The notes under the pieces were generated by a model. That model was not told the DNA's origin. It did not search any database and saw only the letters and a list, made by a program, of their open reading frames with translations. The position numbers were made by a program, and so were the translations under genes. Below, one piece after another: positions 1 through 10,557 of a stretch of 64,000 bases of DNA. Position 1 is the stretch's first letter. Each line of letters begins with the position of its first letter. The DNA comes from an uncultured cyanobacterium (GTDB lineage Bacteria; Cyanobacteriota; Cyanobacteriia; Phormidesmidales; Phormidesmidaceae), in contig CAWCAE010000001.1 of assembly GCA_963793445.1 (NCBI GenBank), forward strand, positions 287,321-351,320. The letters run 5' to 3'.

Positions 1-177
1 CGCTCTTTTCGTTCCAGCTAGACATATAAACCTCACGATAATTAGAGACTTTTAGGCGCAGAAAAACTAGGTACAAGGCTGTCTAAAAGCGTAGCGTATT
101 AACTCTCTAAATCCTTAAAAACCTAGCTGTGCTAGTATCTAGACAGCTTCTCAGCACTACGATATGAGCACTGGGGT

Positions 178-678
178 ATGAGTAAGGTTCTCGTTTTAAA
201 TGCCTCCTATGAGCCACTAAACATTACAAGCTGGCGACGTGCAGTTGTGCTTATTATCAAAGGAAAAGCTGAGCAAATCGAACAGCGCGAGCAGCAGATA
301 TACCCCGACTTTCCGCTGCCTACCGTCATTCGATTGCGCCACTATGTTCGTATTCCTTACAGAGAAATTCCGCTGACTCGGCGCAACTTACTGCATCGGG
401 ATAACAATACCTGTCAGTACTGCGGACACACTGGCGAGAGCCTAACACTAGATCACGTAATTCCCAGGTCAAGAGGGGGCGGAGATAGCTGGGAGAACAT
501 TGTGAGTGCCTGTGTTCGCTGTAATGTAAAGAAGGGAAGCCGTACCCCAAAAGAGGCAGAAATGCCGCTTACAAATCAGCCCCGGAAGCCTCATAGCAGC
601 CTATACTTTGAAATCTCTAGGCACGTGCGTGGTGGTGTTCATCAAGAATGGCGGCAATATGTCATTGGCCTCAATTAG
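178..678 (+). CDS. HNH endonuclease (conserved cyanobacterial McrA-like type)
   Basis: CQYCG zinc knuckle, TLDHVIPRSRGG..WENIVSACVRCNVKKG HNH motif. Confidence 0.9.
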   Translation: MSKVLVLNASYEPLNITSWRRAVVLIIKGKAEQIEQREQQIYPDFPLPTVIRLRHYVRIPYREIPLTRRNLLHRDNNTCQYCGHTGESLTLDHVIPRSRGGGDSWENIVSACVRCNVKKGSRTPKEAEMPLTNQPRKPHSSLYFEISRHVRGGVHQEWRQYVIGLN

Positions 679-824
679 AGCTTGCTACAGCCCTTTTTCG
701 TACAAAAAGCCTGCGTCTAGAAAGCCAGTACCTAAGAGAGTCCTTTTTAGAAAGACTTCTCTCTAAAGAGCACCTCGTCAAAAAGCACCTCGTTGATCAT
801 TTCGTGTAGCCCCAGATAGCCATT

Positions 825-2093
825 TTGAGCAACGCTAAAAAACCCATCGCGCAGCAACTAACCCCTAGCGTCGCAGATTCAAAACCTGCTAGAAAAACCC
901 TGAAAAATCATAAAGGAAACGTAGACTTGTCACAGAACGCTTTAGCTGACCAGACCGCTACGCTCAGGCGAGCCGCAGGTCTTGAAGATAATCCAGCAGC
1001 AGATTTGGAAAAACTCTTGAAGAAGCACAGCGGTACTAGGCAGCTAGTACTTCTTCAAGACTTTCCAGATCCCGATGCGCTTTCTTCTGCCTGGGCCTAT
1101 TGCCTAATTGCCAGTGCCTACAGCATTCAAGCTGACATTTATTATTCTGGGACGCTAAGTCACCAAGAGAATATTGCTCTAGTCAAGCTGACTAACCTGC
1201 CAGCAAAGCGGTGGCCGACCTCGCCAAAAGAAGCCCCTGATCTTTCACAGTATCAGGGCTATGTCTTGATTGATACGCAAGGTACAACTAGCCATTTGAC
1301 AGCTCGAGTAGAAGATGCCGATTTGCCACTAGTTTTAGTCGTTGATCACCACGCTATTCAGGGCAAGCTCGACGCTGAAATGGCCGATATTCGGCCTGAC
1401 ATCCATGCGACGGCGACGATGATGGTGCAGTATTTACAGTCTGGACTCATGCAGCTTGACCGCAGCAATAGCCAGCATGTGAAATGTGCGACAGCGCTGA
1501 TGCACGGACTACGCTCGGACACAAACCAGCTCATGCAGGCTTCTGAACCAGATTTCGCAGCAGCGGCTTTTCTTAGTCAGTATTACGATGCCCAGTTGCT
1601 GAGCGCGGTACTGCAAGCTTCCAGGTCGCGCCGGGTGATGGATGTGATTGAGCGATCGCTGCGTAACCGTCAGATGCAAAACAGCGTCTCTATTGCAGGG
1701 GTAGGCTACTTGCGCTACGAAGATAGAGACGCCATTCCACAAGCAGCAGACTTTTTGGTAACCGAAGAAAACGTTCATACTGCTGTTGTCTATGGCATCG
1801 TCCACGACGAAGACGAAGAAAAAGAGCTGGTAGTCGGTTCTCTGCGCACCAATAAGATCACGCTCGACCCAGACGAATTCATTAAAGAAGCCCTTGGCCA
1901 AGATAGCCACGGTCGATTTTTTGGCGGTGGTAGGTCAATGGCAGGTGGCTTCGAAATCCCAATTGGGTTTTTGTCTGGCTACTACGAAAATAGCGACTAT
2001 AACCGGCAGAAGTGGGAAGTTTTCGACAAGCAAATCAAGCAAAAGCTTCAGCGGCTCGTTGATCCTGAAAACGGTGTTCTCAATACGGACTAG
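825..2093 (+). CDS. DHH family phosphoesterase (NrnA-like oligoribonuclease/pAp phosphatase)
   Basis: Motifs QDFPDPDALSS, VVDHH, GLRSDT, C-terminal GGGRSMAGG; TTG start uncertain. Confidence 0.85.
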   Translation: MSNAKKPIAQQLTPSVADSKPARKTLKNHKGNVDLSQNALADQTATLRRAAGLEDNPAADLEKLLKKHSGTRQLVLLQDFPDPDALSSAWAYCLIASAYSIQADIYYSGTLSHQENIALVKLTNLPAKRWPTSPKEAPDLSQYQGYVLIDTQGTTSHLTARVEDADLPLVLVVDHHAIQGKLDAEMADIRPDIHATATMMVQYLQSGLMQLDRSNSQHVKCATALMHGLRSDTNQLMQASEPDFAAAAFLSQYYDAQLLSAVLQASRSRRVMDVIERSLRNRQMQNSVSIAGVGYLRYEDRDAIPQAADFLVTEENVHTAVVYGIVHDEDEEKELVVGSLRTNKITLDPDEFIKEALGQDSHGRFFGGGRSMAGGFEIPIGFLSGYYENSDYNRQKWEVFDKQIKQKLQRLVDPENGVLNTD

Positions 2094-2182
2094 CGCCTAA
2101 GTCAACAAACCCAGAGACATCGAGCGCCAATCTCAGTCTATGGTAATAAAAGCCATTTCTTTTTTCATTGGGGAGCCTTGAC

Positions 2183-3343
2183 ATGACGACAACGACGTGC
2201 GAATACCGGCCAGGTTTAGAAGGAATTCCGGCCACGCAGTCGAGTATCAGCTATGTTGACGGGCACCACGGAATTTTAGAGTATCGCGGCATTCGGATCG
2301 AAGAGATTGCGCGCAGCAGTAGCTTTTTAGAAAGTGCCTACTTACTCATTTGGGGTGGATTGCCAACAGAGCAAGATCTCAAGGCTTTTGAGTACGAGGT
2401 GCAGTATCATCGCCGCCTCAAGTATCGAATCCGCGACATGATGAAGTGCTTTCCCGAAAGCGGTCATCCAATGGATGCGCTGCAGGCTTGCGCCGCTGCG
2501 CTGGGCCTATTTCACTCGCGTCGGGAGCTGTCTGATCCAGCCTACGTGCAGAATGCGGTAGTGCGATTGATCGCCAAAATTCCGACTATGGTTGCCGCCT
2601 TCAAGATGATGCGCAAAGGTAACGACCCGGTCCAGCCTCGCGATGATCTAGGGTACGCGGCTAATTTTTTGTACATGCTAAATGAGAAGGAGCCTGATCC
2701 GCTCGCGGCGCGCATTTTTGATGTGTGCCTCATGCTACACGCAGAACACACCATCAACGCTTCTACGTTTTCGGCAATGGTAACGGCTTCTACGCTGACA
2801 GACCCCTATGCGGTGGTTGCCTCTGCAGTAGGAACGCTAGCAGGCCCTCTGCATGGTGGTGCGAATGAAGAAGTAATCGCTATGCTCAAGCAGATTGGAT
2901 CTGTAGAGAATGTTCGTCCCTATATCGATCAGCGGATTGCTAGCAAGGCAAAAATAATGGGGTTTGGGCATCGCGTGTATAAGGTGAAAGACCCTCGGGC
3001 TGTAATCTTACAAGGACTGGCCGAACAGCTTTTTGATAAAGTAGGTCGCGATGACTACTATGACATTGCGCTAGAGCTAGAGCTGGTTGTAGAGGAAAAG
3101 CTAGGCCACAAAGGCGTTTATCCCAATGTAGATTTCTATTCTGGGCTGGTTTATCGGAAGCTGGGAATTCCCACCGATCTGTTTACGCCGATATTTGCGA
3201 TCGCTAGAGTCGCCGGATGGCTTGCCCACTGGAAAGAGCAAATTGGCAAAAACAGAATTTTCCGTCCTACCCAGATTTACCAAGGGCCGCACGAGCAAAT
3301 CTACGTTCCGCTTGAAAAGCGCCTACAGCTCTGGGAGAAATAA
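2183..3343 (+). CDS. gltA: citrate synthase
   Basis: EYRPGLEGI N-terminus, LHAEHTINAST, GPLHGGANE, GFGHRVYKVKDPRA, YPNVDFYSG; ATG at 2183 preferred over upstream TTG. Confidence 0.97.
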   Translation: MTTTTCEYRPGLEGIPATQSSISYVDGHHGILEYRGIRIEEIARSSSFLESAYLLIWGGLPTEQDLKAFEYEVQYHRRLKYRIRDMMKCFPESGHPMDALQACAAALGLFHSRRELSDPAYVQNAVVRLIAKIPTMVAAFKMMRKGNDPVQPRDDLGYAANFLYMLNEKEPDPLAARIFDVCLMLHAEHTINASTFSAMVTASTLTDPYAVVASAVGTLAGPLHGGANEEVIAMLKQIGSVENVRPYIDQRIASKAKIMGFGHRVYKVKDPRAVILQGLAEQLFDKVGRDDYYDIALELELVVEEKLGHKGVYPNVDFYSGLVYRKLGIPTDLFTPIFAIARVAGWLAHWKEQIGKNRIFRPTQIYQGPHEQIYVPLEKRLQLWEK

Positions 3344-3457
3344 AACCTGCTGGTGTCATTATCTACGCAAAAAAGAGCGGTGATGGGCCCTACCCCCCTT
3401 TGCAAAAGATGAAATTACCGAGACTATATATCCAGTGACGATTTTCAGGAACTCCAG

Positions 3458-3493
3458 CCCCTTCGGTATTATGCCGGAGGGGTTTTTATTTTT
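3458..3493 (+). terminator. intrinsic terminator downstream of gltA
   Basis: Stem CCCCTTCGG (3458-3466)/CCGGAGGGG (3474-3482), 7-nt loop, followed by TTTTTATTTTT. Confidence 0.8.
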
Positions 3494-3596
3494 ACTAGCA
3501 GAATTTAAGCAACAATGAACGTACTGCTGCGGTTGATTAAGCGTTAGAATCTGTTAAAGAAATGTAGCTAGACACCGTAGGCCGTCTTTTAAAAGC

Positions 3597-4715
3597 ATGA
3601 CTCCAGGTATTGACCTCCAAGGGACATTTGTTCGAGCCCTCACTGAACTAGGCTTACCAGCCGGGGCTGCTAAGACCGTCTGGATACCCTTACCAATGTT
3701 GCTCATGCTAATCGTAGCTACTGTGAGCATTTTCATCTGTGTATGGCTAGAGCGTAAAATATCGGCCGCTGCGCAGCAGCGAGTAGGTCCAGAATATATC
3801 GGACCATTAGGGGCACTGCAGGCAGTAGCAGACGGCGTCAAACTAATATTTAAAGCGGATATTACGCCTGCAAAAGCCGATCCCTGGCTGTTTGTGATTG
3901 GCCCAGCGGTTGTAGTAATTCCAGTTTTCCTGTCTTTCTTGATCGTTCCCTTTGGTCAAAACCTGGTGATTACTGACCTAGGAATTGGTATCTTTTTATG
4001 GATTGCGCTCTCTAGCATTACCCCGATTGGGCTGCTGATGGCGGGCTATTCTTCCAATAATAAGTACTCGTTACTAGGTGGACTTCGTGCGGCGGCACAG
4101 TCTATCAGCTACGAAATTCCACTGGCACTGGCTGTGCTCGCTATCGTGATGATGAGCAACGGCCTTAGTACAATCGATATTGTTAACAAGCAATCAAGCT
4201 ACGGTATCTTGGGCTGGAATATCTGGCGTCAGCCGGTTGGCTTTGTAATTTTTTGGATCTCAGCGCTAGCTGAGTGCGAGCGCCTGCCCTTTGACTTGCC
4301 AGAGGCAGAAGAAGAGTTAGTCGCAGGCTATCAGACTGAATATACCGGCATGAAATTTGGTCTGTTCTATGTTGGCTCTTACGTCAACCTGATGCTTTCG
4401 GCGCTGATTGTGTCGGTTTTGTACCTAGGGGGCTGGAGTTTTCCGATTCCGGTTGAGTCAATCGCCGCGCTGCTAGGTGTCAATGAGAATGCGCCTTGGG
4501 TTCAGATTATTACAGCCTCGCTGGGTGTTGTTATGACCATGCTGAAGGCTTATCTACTTGTGTTCCTAACCATTTTGCTGCGCTGGACCGTGCCTCGCGT
4601 CAGAATCGATCAGCTTCTAGACCTCGGTTGGAAATTTTTGCTCCCTATTGCTTTGGTAAACCTCCTAGTAACGGCTGGTTTGAAGCTTTCTTTCCCTGGT
4701 GCCTTCGGCGGTTAA
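3597..4715 (+). CDS. ndhA: NDH-1 subunit 1 (NuoH)
   Basis: [55 protein letters not shown]. Confidence 0.97.
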   Translation: MTPGIDLQGTFVRALTELGLPAGAAKTVWIPLPMLLMLIVATVSIFICVWLERKISAAAQQRVGPEYIGPLGALQAVADGVKLIFKADITPAKADPWLFVIGPAVVVIPVFLSFLIVPFGQNLVITDLGIGIFLWIALSSITPIGLLMAGYSSNNKYSLLGGLRAAAQSISYEIPLALAVLAIVMMSNGLSTIDIVNKQSSYGILGWNIWRQPVGFVIFWISALAECERLPFDLPEAEEELVAGYQTEYTGMKFGLFYVGSYVNLMLSALIVSVLYLGGWSFPIPVESIAALLGVNENAPWVQIITASLGVVMTMLKAYLLVFLTILLRWTVPRVRIDQLLDLGWKFLLPIALVNLLVTAGLKLSFPGAFGG

Positions 4716-4800
4716 TTTATTGACTGTGTTTTATTGTTTGGTAGGCAGTGCCTACTTCAGATGCCTACTTTAGCTGTTCTATTTACCTAGACCTCTTGCC

Positions 4801-5436
4801 ATGTTGAACTTTTTGAAACAAGTTGGTGACTACGCCAAAGAAACGGCTCAGGCAGCAAAATTTATTGGTCAAGGTCTTTCGGTCACCTTTGACCATATGA
4901 AGCGTCGTCCGGTGACGGTGAAGTACCCTTACGAAAAGGTAATTCCCTCAGAGCGATATCGTGGCCGCATTCACTTTGAGTTTGACAAGTGCATTGCCTG
5001 CGAAGTGTGTGTAAGGGTTTGCCCGATCAACTTGCCAGTGGTGGACTGGGAATTTAACAAAAAAGCGAAGAAAAAGACGCTCAATCACTACAGTATTGAC
5101 TTTGGCGTGTGTATCTTTTGCGGAAACTGCGTGGAGTACTGCCCCACGAACTGCCTGTCAATGACTGAGGAATATGAGCTTTCAGCTTATGATCGTCACA
5201 ATTTGAACTATGACAGTGTGGCATTAGGACGATTGCCGTACAAGGTAACAGAAGATCCGATGGTAACGCCTATGCGAGAATTTGCTTACTTGCCCAAGGG
5301 CGTTATGAACCCGCACGATCTGCCGAAAGGAACTCAGCGGGCAGGTAGGCTGCCACAAGATATTTTAGCTGAGATGGAGGCAGAAGAAGCGAAAAAAGCA
5401 CCTGCTACCGCTACTGCCGAAGATGAAGATAAGTAG
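4801..5436 (+). CDS. ndhI: NDH-1 subunit I
   Basis: Two 4Fe-4S motifs [12 protein letters not shown] and [12 protein letters not shown]; operon position. Confidence 0.97.
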   Translation: MLNFLKQVGDYAKETAQAAKFIGQGLSVTFDHMKRRPVTVKYPYEKVIPSERYRGRIHFEFDKCIACEVCVRVCPINLPVVDWEFNKKAKKKTLNHYSIDFGVCIFCGNCVEYCPTNCLSMTEEYELSAYDRHNLNYDSVALGRLPYKVTEDPMVTPMREFAYLPKGVMNPHDLPKGTQRAGRLPQDILAEMEAEEAKKAPATATAEDEDK

Positions 5437-5548
5437 GGTTCGTACCTGCAAAAGCGACGTCAAGAAAAGCGGCCTTAGAAAAAAGCTGCGATAAGTAAGG
5501 CGTCAAAAAAACACAACGTGAGGGGAAACCGTTTTGATATTGGCAGCT

Positions 5549-6154
5549 TTGAACTTAGCAGAAGGTGTACAGCTTGTCTCCTTCGGCATTTTGAGCCTGA
5601 TTATGTTGGCTGGTGCTTTAGGTGTTGTTCTCCTTTCAAACATCGTATATTCGGCATTTTTGCTGGGCTTAGTTTTTATCAGCATTGCTGGGTTATACAT
5701 CTTGCTGAATGCTGGTTTTGTTGCCGCCGCACAGGTACTTGTATATGTAGGGGCGGTCAACGTTTTGATTCTATTTGGAATCATGCTAGTGAACAAGGAC
5801 GAGGACTTTGCCGCAGTCAAGAATGCCTGGGTGGGCCGAGCTGCGACTGGCGCAGTTTGTGCAGGTCTGTTTGGACTACTGAGCGCGATGGTGGTTTCGC
5901 ACCCTTGGGTTATCTCGACGCTCCCGGCGGCTGGTGACCAGGCCATTGAAGTAATCGGACAGCATTTTTTCAGCGACTACCTGCTGCCTTTTGAGCTGGC
6001 TTCGGTTCTATTATTAATAGCGCTGGTAGGTGCGATTATTCTGGCTCGTCGCGAGTATGTTCCTGACACTACTATTCCCTCAGAAGAGGCGCTTACCCTC
6101 CCTGAAAAGCCTCGTGAGTTAGTGGCGGCAGGCTCTCGTGACAACGCTCTGTAA
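5549..6154 (+). CDS. ndhG: NDH-1 subunit 6 (NuoJ)
   Basis: MNLAEGVQ start (TTG 5549), AAQVLVYVGAVNVLILF, LPFELASVLLL. Confidence 0.95.
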   Translation: MNLAEGVQLVSFGILSLIMLAGALGVVLLSNIVYSAFLLGLVFISIAGLYILLNAGFVAAAQVLVYVGAVNVLILFGIMLVNKDEDFAAVKNAWVGRAATGAVCAGLFGLLSAMVVSHPWVISTLPAAGDQAIEVIGQHFFSDYLLPFELASVLLLIALVGAIILARREYVPDTTIPSEEALTLPEKPRELVAAGSRDNAL

Positions 6155-6212
6155 GCTCTAACTGCAATTCTTTGAACACTAATGATTGCTGACTTCTGAC
6201 TTTTATTAAATT

Positions 6213-6518
6213 ATGCAACTCGAATATTTTTTGATTATTGCAGCCGCTTTGTTTTGCATCGGTGTCTATGGACTGGTTTCTAGCCGCAATGTGATCCGTG
6301 TACTGATGTCCATTGAGCTGATGCTGAACGCGGTAAACCTCAACCTGATGGCTTTCTCTAACTATTTAGACCCAGCTCAGATTAGAGGGCAAGTATTTTC
6401 GGTTTTTGTAATTACTATCGCGGCGGCTGAAGCTGCGGTGGGTCTGGCGATTGTGCTATCTATTTATCGCAACCGCGATACGGTGGATATGGAGCAATTC
6501 AACCTACTGAAATGGTAG
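6213..6518 (+). CDS. ndhE: NDH-1 subunit 4L (NuoK)
   Basis: [26 protein letters not shown]. Confidence 0.97.
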   Translation: MQLEYFLIIAAALFCIGVYGLVSSRNVIRVLMSIELMLNAVNLNLMAFSNYLDPAQIRGQVFSVFVITIAAAEAAVGLAIVLSIYRNRDTVDMEQFNLLKW

Positions 6519-6546
6519 AAGTAAGCTCTAAAGAATAGGGCAGTGA

Positions 6547-6576
6547 ACCTTGAGGTTTTTTACCTTGAGGTTTTTT
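6547..6576. repeat. perfect 15-bp tandem duplication ACCTTGAGGTTTTTT x2 (mini-hairpin plus T-run, terminator-like)
   Basis: 6547-6561 identical to 6562-6576. Confidence 0.9.
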
Positions 6577-6613
6577 GCTTTGTATAGATATCTTCTCAAC
6601 CTAAGGAAACGCT

Positions 6614-7546
6614 GTGCAGCTTAAGCAGGTCATCATTGTATACAAAGCCGGAAATCAGCAGAGCAAAAGCTGTGCTGACAAGTGCGCCCGTCAGCTAGAG
6701 GCGCATGGGGCCAAGGTGATGATGGGACCGAGCGGGGCGCAAGACAACCCATACCCAGTTCTTTTAGAGTCAGCGCCTGCGCCTATTGATTTGGCGGTGG
6801 TGTTAGGAGGTGACGGCACCGCACTCAGTGCGGCTCGTCATTTAGCGACCGATGACATTCCAATTTTGGCGGTGAATGTGGGCGGACATCTGGGTTTTTT
6901 GGCTGAGTCTTCTGAGATGATTGGTGATTGGGAACGGGTTTGGGAGCGGCTGCTAGGTGATAGGTACGCTGTGCAGCTGCGGATGATGCTACAGGCAAGA
7001 ACGCACGAGGGCGAGTCATATAATATTAAGCCAGTGAGCGGTCGCTACTATGCGCTAAACGAGATGTGTGTGAAACCGGCCTCTCCGAACCGGATGATCA
7101 CATCGACGCTAGAAGTGGAGATCGATGGTGAAGTTGTTGATCAGTATCAGGGAGATGGCTTACTTATCAGTACGCCTACCGGCTCTACTGGCTACACGGT
7201 TTCGGCTAATGGCCCAATTGTTCATCCGGGAATGCATGCGCTGATTGTCACGCCCATCTGCCCGATGAGTTTATCAAGCCGACCGATTGTGCTGCCGCCA
7301 GGCAGTACCGTAAGCGTTTGGCCTTTGGTAGATCCAGAGGGTAATACTAAGCTGTGGACAGATGGTGTCTTTGGGACTAGCGTTTGGCCTGGGCATCGGG
7401 TCGATATTAGGATGGCTAGCCACTTGGCAAAGTTTATCCTTTTAGGTGACGATCACTCCTACTACCGCACCTTGCGTAACAAACTACAGTGGGCTGGTGC
7501 GAGGGTGAACTATCGCAACACACACAGACAAGATCGCCAGAGCTAG
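6614..7546 (+). CDS. nadK: NAD(+) kinase
   Basis: VLGGDGT, ALNE, GDGLLISTPTGSTGY motifs. Confidence 0.95.
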   Translation: MQLKQVIIVYKAGNQQSKSCADKCARQLEAHGAKVMMGPSGAQDNPYPVLLESAPAPIDLAVVLGGDGTALSAARHLATDDIPILAVNVGGHLGFLAESSEMIGDWERVWERLLGDRYAVQLRMMLQARTHEGESYNIKPVSGRYYALNEMCVKPASPNRMITSTLEVEIDGEVVDQYQGDGLLISTPTGSTGYTVSANGPIVHPGMHALIVTPICPMSLSSRPIVLPPGSTVSVWPLVDPEGNTKLWTDGVFGTSVWPGHRVDIRMASHLAKFILLGDDHSYYRTLRNKLQWAGARVNYRNTHRQDRQS

Positions 7547-7607
7547 ATCCTTAGATCTAGCTCTTTAGGATTAAGGCCGCTAAGCCAGTACTGCTAAGCC
7601 AAGATCG

Positions 7608-8066
7608 CTAATAAGCGCTGCCGTCTTTGTGGACAAATTGCCGCTGCCCGCTTTCAGTCGGAATGCAGCGCAGGTCTTGGTCAGGATATTCGGCTCGATC
7701 TGGAGCTGTGCGATCGCCCACTTCCAGATACACAACAGGCACTGCCGATAGATTAACTAGATGATGGCCATCCTCTACCCCAGCGGCAAAGCCTGCCATC
7801 TCACCGGGCCCCAATGTCTGCTCGCCTGCATCAGTCACAAGTACGACTTCGCCCTGCAAGATGTAGACAAACTCGTCTTGCGCAGAATGCCAGTGTCGTA
7901 GCGCCGACTGAGCGCCAGGGGCCAGTGTCGTCAGGTTGACACCAAAGTTTTTGAGCCCTACCGCGTTGCCAATCCGTTGACGCGATCGCCCTGCTACCAT
8001 CGAGCAAAAAGCGGCTGGATAGTTTGTGCCTACTTCTATAGAAACTTTCGATAAATCTATTCGCAT
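7608..8066 (-). CDS. cupin domain protein
   Basis: SALRHWHSAQDEFVYILQGE and GHHLVN cupin metal motifs. Confidence 0.88.
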   Translation of the reverse strand: MRIDLSKVSIEVGTNYPAAFCSMVAGRSRQRIGNAVGLKNFGVNLTTLAPGAQSALRHWHSAQDEFVYILQGEVVLVTDAGEQTLGPGEMAGFAAGVEDGHHLVNLSAVPVVYLEVGDRTAPDRAEYPDQDLRCIPTESGQRQFVHKDGSAY

Positions 8067-8089
8067 GTGTTTCCAGATCGCTTACTAGA

Positions 8090-8761
8090 TCATTCTGACT
8101 GATGTGAAACTTTTGGTGTCCAGCCCAAGCTCAATGGCGCTGCGGCAAATGCCGGTTCTGCTTCAGCTTTTGCCGACAGCTGTGATAGCCCTGGACATAG
8201 ACCTAGCGGCACAGCATCAGGAATCATGTAGTGAGTAAACTGCCAGGCGACACATACGGCAATATCTGCGTGGGTTAGCTGACCTGCAACTAGCCAGTCG
8301 CCGTTGTTTCTCGCTTGGGCATACGCTTCGGCTTGCCGATAGGCCGCTAGTAACTGAGACTGTACGCGCTCAAGCCAAGGCTTATACTGCTTGTCTTCAG
8401 GTCGCATATTGCACTCGTAAAAAAGCTGGACGCTTTTGTCGCAAGCATTGAGTCCTAGGCCGATGAGTCGCAGCGCCTGCTGGTAGGCTTCGAGCTCGGT
8501 AGGCATGAGGGCCAGCTGTTGAGTAGTTAGCTGCTGGTCAACAAGCTTTTGAATGTATGCCAAGATTAGTGTGGAGTCCATCAAGACTTCGTCGTTGTCG
8601 CAAACGAGGGTGGGCGCTTTGATAAGTGGCTTGATCTCGCTGAATTCTTCTACGTTGCGAAACACAGAAAGCGGTACGTGCTCAAAAGGTAGGCTGTAGT
8701 AGTTGAGTGCGATCGCTACTCGCCGAACGTAAGGCGAATCGAGCATTCCAATGAGTTTCAT
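8090..8761 (-). CDS. glutathione S-transferase family protein
   Basis: MKLIGMLDSPYVRRV, PLIKAPTL..LMDSTLILAY, LTHADIAV. Confidence 0.9.
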   Translation of the reverse strand: MKLIGMLDSPYVRRVAIALNYYSLPFEHVPLSVFRNVEEFSEIKPLIKAPTLVCDNDEVLMDSTLILAYIQKLVDQQLTTQQLALMPTELEAYQQALRLIGLGLNACDKSVQLFYECNMRPEDKQYKPWLERVQSQLLAAYRQAEAYAQARNNGDWLVAGQLTHADIAVCVAWQFTHYMIPDAVPLGLCPGLSQLSAKAEAEPAFAAAPLSLGWTPKVSHQSE

Positions 8762-8803
8762 GTGAGACTCATTTTGTATGGGATCTGTTTCATAGATCGA
8801 TGA

Positions 8804-9451
8804 CTAAATTTCCTCTCCGGCCTCATCTTCAGGCAAAACCTCAGCTTCTGCCTGACCAGCGCTGACCCAGCGATTCAAAACATCGTACTGAAGCATAAAT
8901 GACTGATACTGAGCGGCTGTCTGTGAAAGCGAGATGCCGTAGGTCTCGAATCTCAATACCACTGGCGCATAGAAGCAATCTGCAATAGAGAACTCTCCAA
9001 ATAACCAAGGTCCACTGTAGGTTGCCAAACAGCTCGACCAGATAGCATCTATCCTAGCAATATCCTGCTTTGCTGAAATCGAGGGTGCTACCCGTCTTCG
9101 AGCACGGCAGTTCATCGGCAGCTCACCGCGTAAACCCATAAATCCAGCGTGCATCTCAGCGCAAATGGCCCTTGCCCTTGCCCTTTCGGCTTCGTTTGTG
9201 GGCCAGCCTCCCCCTCTCAAATACTTCTCGGAGACATACTCACAGATAGCCAGTGTGTCCCAAACCGTGAGATCTTCATTTATTAAGACGGGTACCCGGC
9301 TCGTTGGAGAATACTGCTTGAGCCGTTCGCTAAGTCCTGGCTGCTGAAGCGATACTTTTTCCTCTTCAAAGTCGAGGTCGAAAGCGGCAAGCAACAGCCA
9401 AGCGCGCAAAGACCAAGAAGAATAGTTTTGGTTCCCGATAATCAGTTTCAT
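8804..9451 (-). CDS. glutathione S-transferase family protein
   Basis: MKLIIGNQNYSSWSLRAW, SPTSRVPVL, WDTLAICEY, FSIADCFYAPV. Confidence 0.92.
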   Translation of the reverse strand: MKLIIGNQNYSSWSLRAWLLLAAFDLDFEEEKVSLQQPGLSERLKQYSPTSRVPVLINEDLTVWDTLAICEYVSEKYLRGGGWPTNEAERARARAICAEMHAGFMGLRGELPMNCRARRRVAPSISAKQDIARIDAIWSSCLATYSGPWLFGEFSIADCFYAPVVLRFETYGISLSQTAAQYQSFMLQYDVLNRWVSAGQAEAEVLPEDEAGEEI

Positions 9452-9586
9452 GGCTTGCAATCGATAGGAGACTTTGCGTCAGTTTATCGACTGAGTGGGC
9501 CGCTGGCTATCGGCTCGCTCGATACCCCTATCCAACAAAATTAATACTTAAGTGCCAGCCTAGAAACGCCAGCCTAGGAAGCTAAA

Positions 9587-10294
9587 TCAAGCTTTGTAGT
9601 CGTAAGGGGATGGTGGATAGTCGTAGTAAGCCGGGGGCTGAGGGGGAAATTGTGCTGGAGGTAGAAAAGAAGGGTCGTAATAGCGGTAGCTATCAGCCGG
9701 AGACATAGGCCTAGGCAGCGGCATAGGCACATGACGCACCGATCTTCTATGCTGTGCCTGTAATATTAGCAGTACGGCGCAAAGGATTAGGCCGCCACCG
9801 CCTAAGATAAGGACGACAACCACGCCAGCCCCAACCCACACTAAGGGTACTGAAGGGGTAGGTGTAGGGACCGCGGAGGGCCGAGTCGCCGCTGTGATTT
9901 TGTCTTCCAACTCCATATCTTCTACAGAGCGCTGATAGTCTTGAATGCGAACTAGCAAATCTTGAGTTTTTTCTTCTTGTGCTGCTAGCTGCGTTTCCAA
10001 GCTGCCTGAGAGATCTTCTTGCTCAGATAGCTGATCTTCTAACTCCTGGGTGAGTTCACGCTGCTTTTCGAGCTCTTGACGAATTTCATTTTCTAATGCC
10101 TGCTCGGACTCAGTACTCGCGGCGACTTGACGCGAGGCATTGGCCGATTCAATTTGAGCGACGCGATCGCCAAGCCTATTGGCACCGTCAGCATCCGCAC
10201 TAGCCGAGATCATGCCAACACGAGCTACTAAAAGCACCAGAGCTGCAACCCCCGTAGTGGCACAGCCTGCTAGGTATGCGGTTGTATCGCTCAT
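9587..10294 (-). CDS. hypothetical membrane protein (TM - coiled coil - TM - Pro/Tyr-rich tail)
   Basis: Hydrophobic N-terminus, E/Q/L-rich heptads, LVWVGAGVVVVLILGGGGLILCAVLLIL, PPAYYDYPPSPYDY tail. Confidence 0.7.
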   Translation of the reverse strand: MSDTTAYLAGCATTGVAALVLLVARVGMISASADADGANRLGDRVAQIESANASRQVAASTESEQALENEIRQELEKQRELTQELEDQLSEQEDLSGSLETQLAAQEEKTQDLLVRIQDYQRSVEDMELEDKITAATRPSAVPTPTPSVPLVWVGAGVVVVLILGGGGLILCAVLLILQAQHRRSVRHVPMPLPRPMSPADSYRYYDPSFLPPAQFPPQPPAYYDYPPSPYDYKA

Positions 10295-10557
10295 AAGCTG
10301 CAACTGTAAACTGTAAACTAGCTGAGAAAGTCAGAGCTTTATGACCTAGAGTGGGTCTCTGCAAACCTAGAGCCTGTAAGACAAGAGCCCACCATCTTAT
10401 ACATAGCTTTCTCTGCTAAAGACTACCATAAAGACTCAAAAATCGTTGTCAGTAATCACTAAAGCAAATGTACGTAAAATATACCGGTTAGCAGAACGTA
10501 ACTACATTTACATAGAAAGCCGAAAATGCTGCAAATATCTGAATATGCAATAAAGCC

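Noticed and set aside
178-2093. HNH plus DHH genes as a defence system
   Set aside because: Both look like conserved chromosomal cyanobacterial families in a housekeeping context. No methylase, helicase or other defence genes are nearby.
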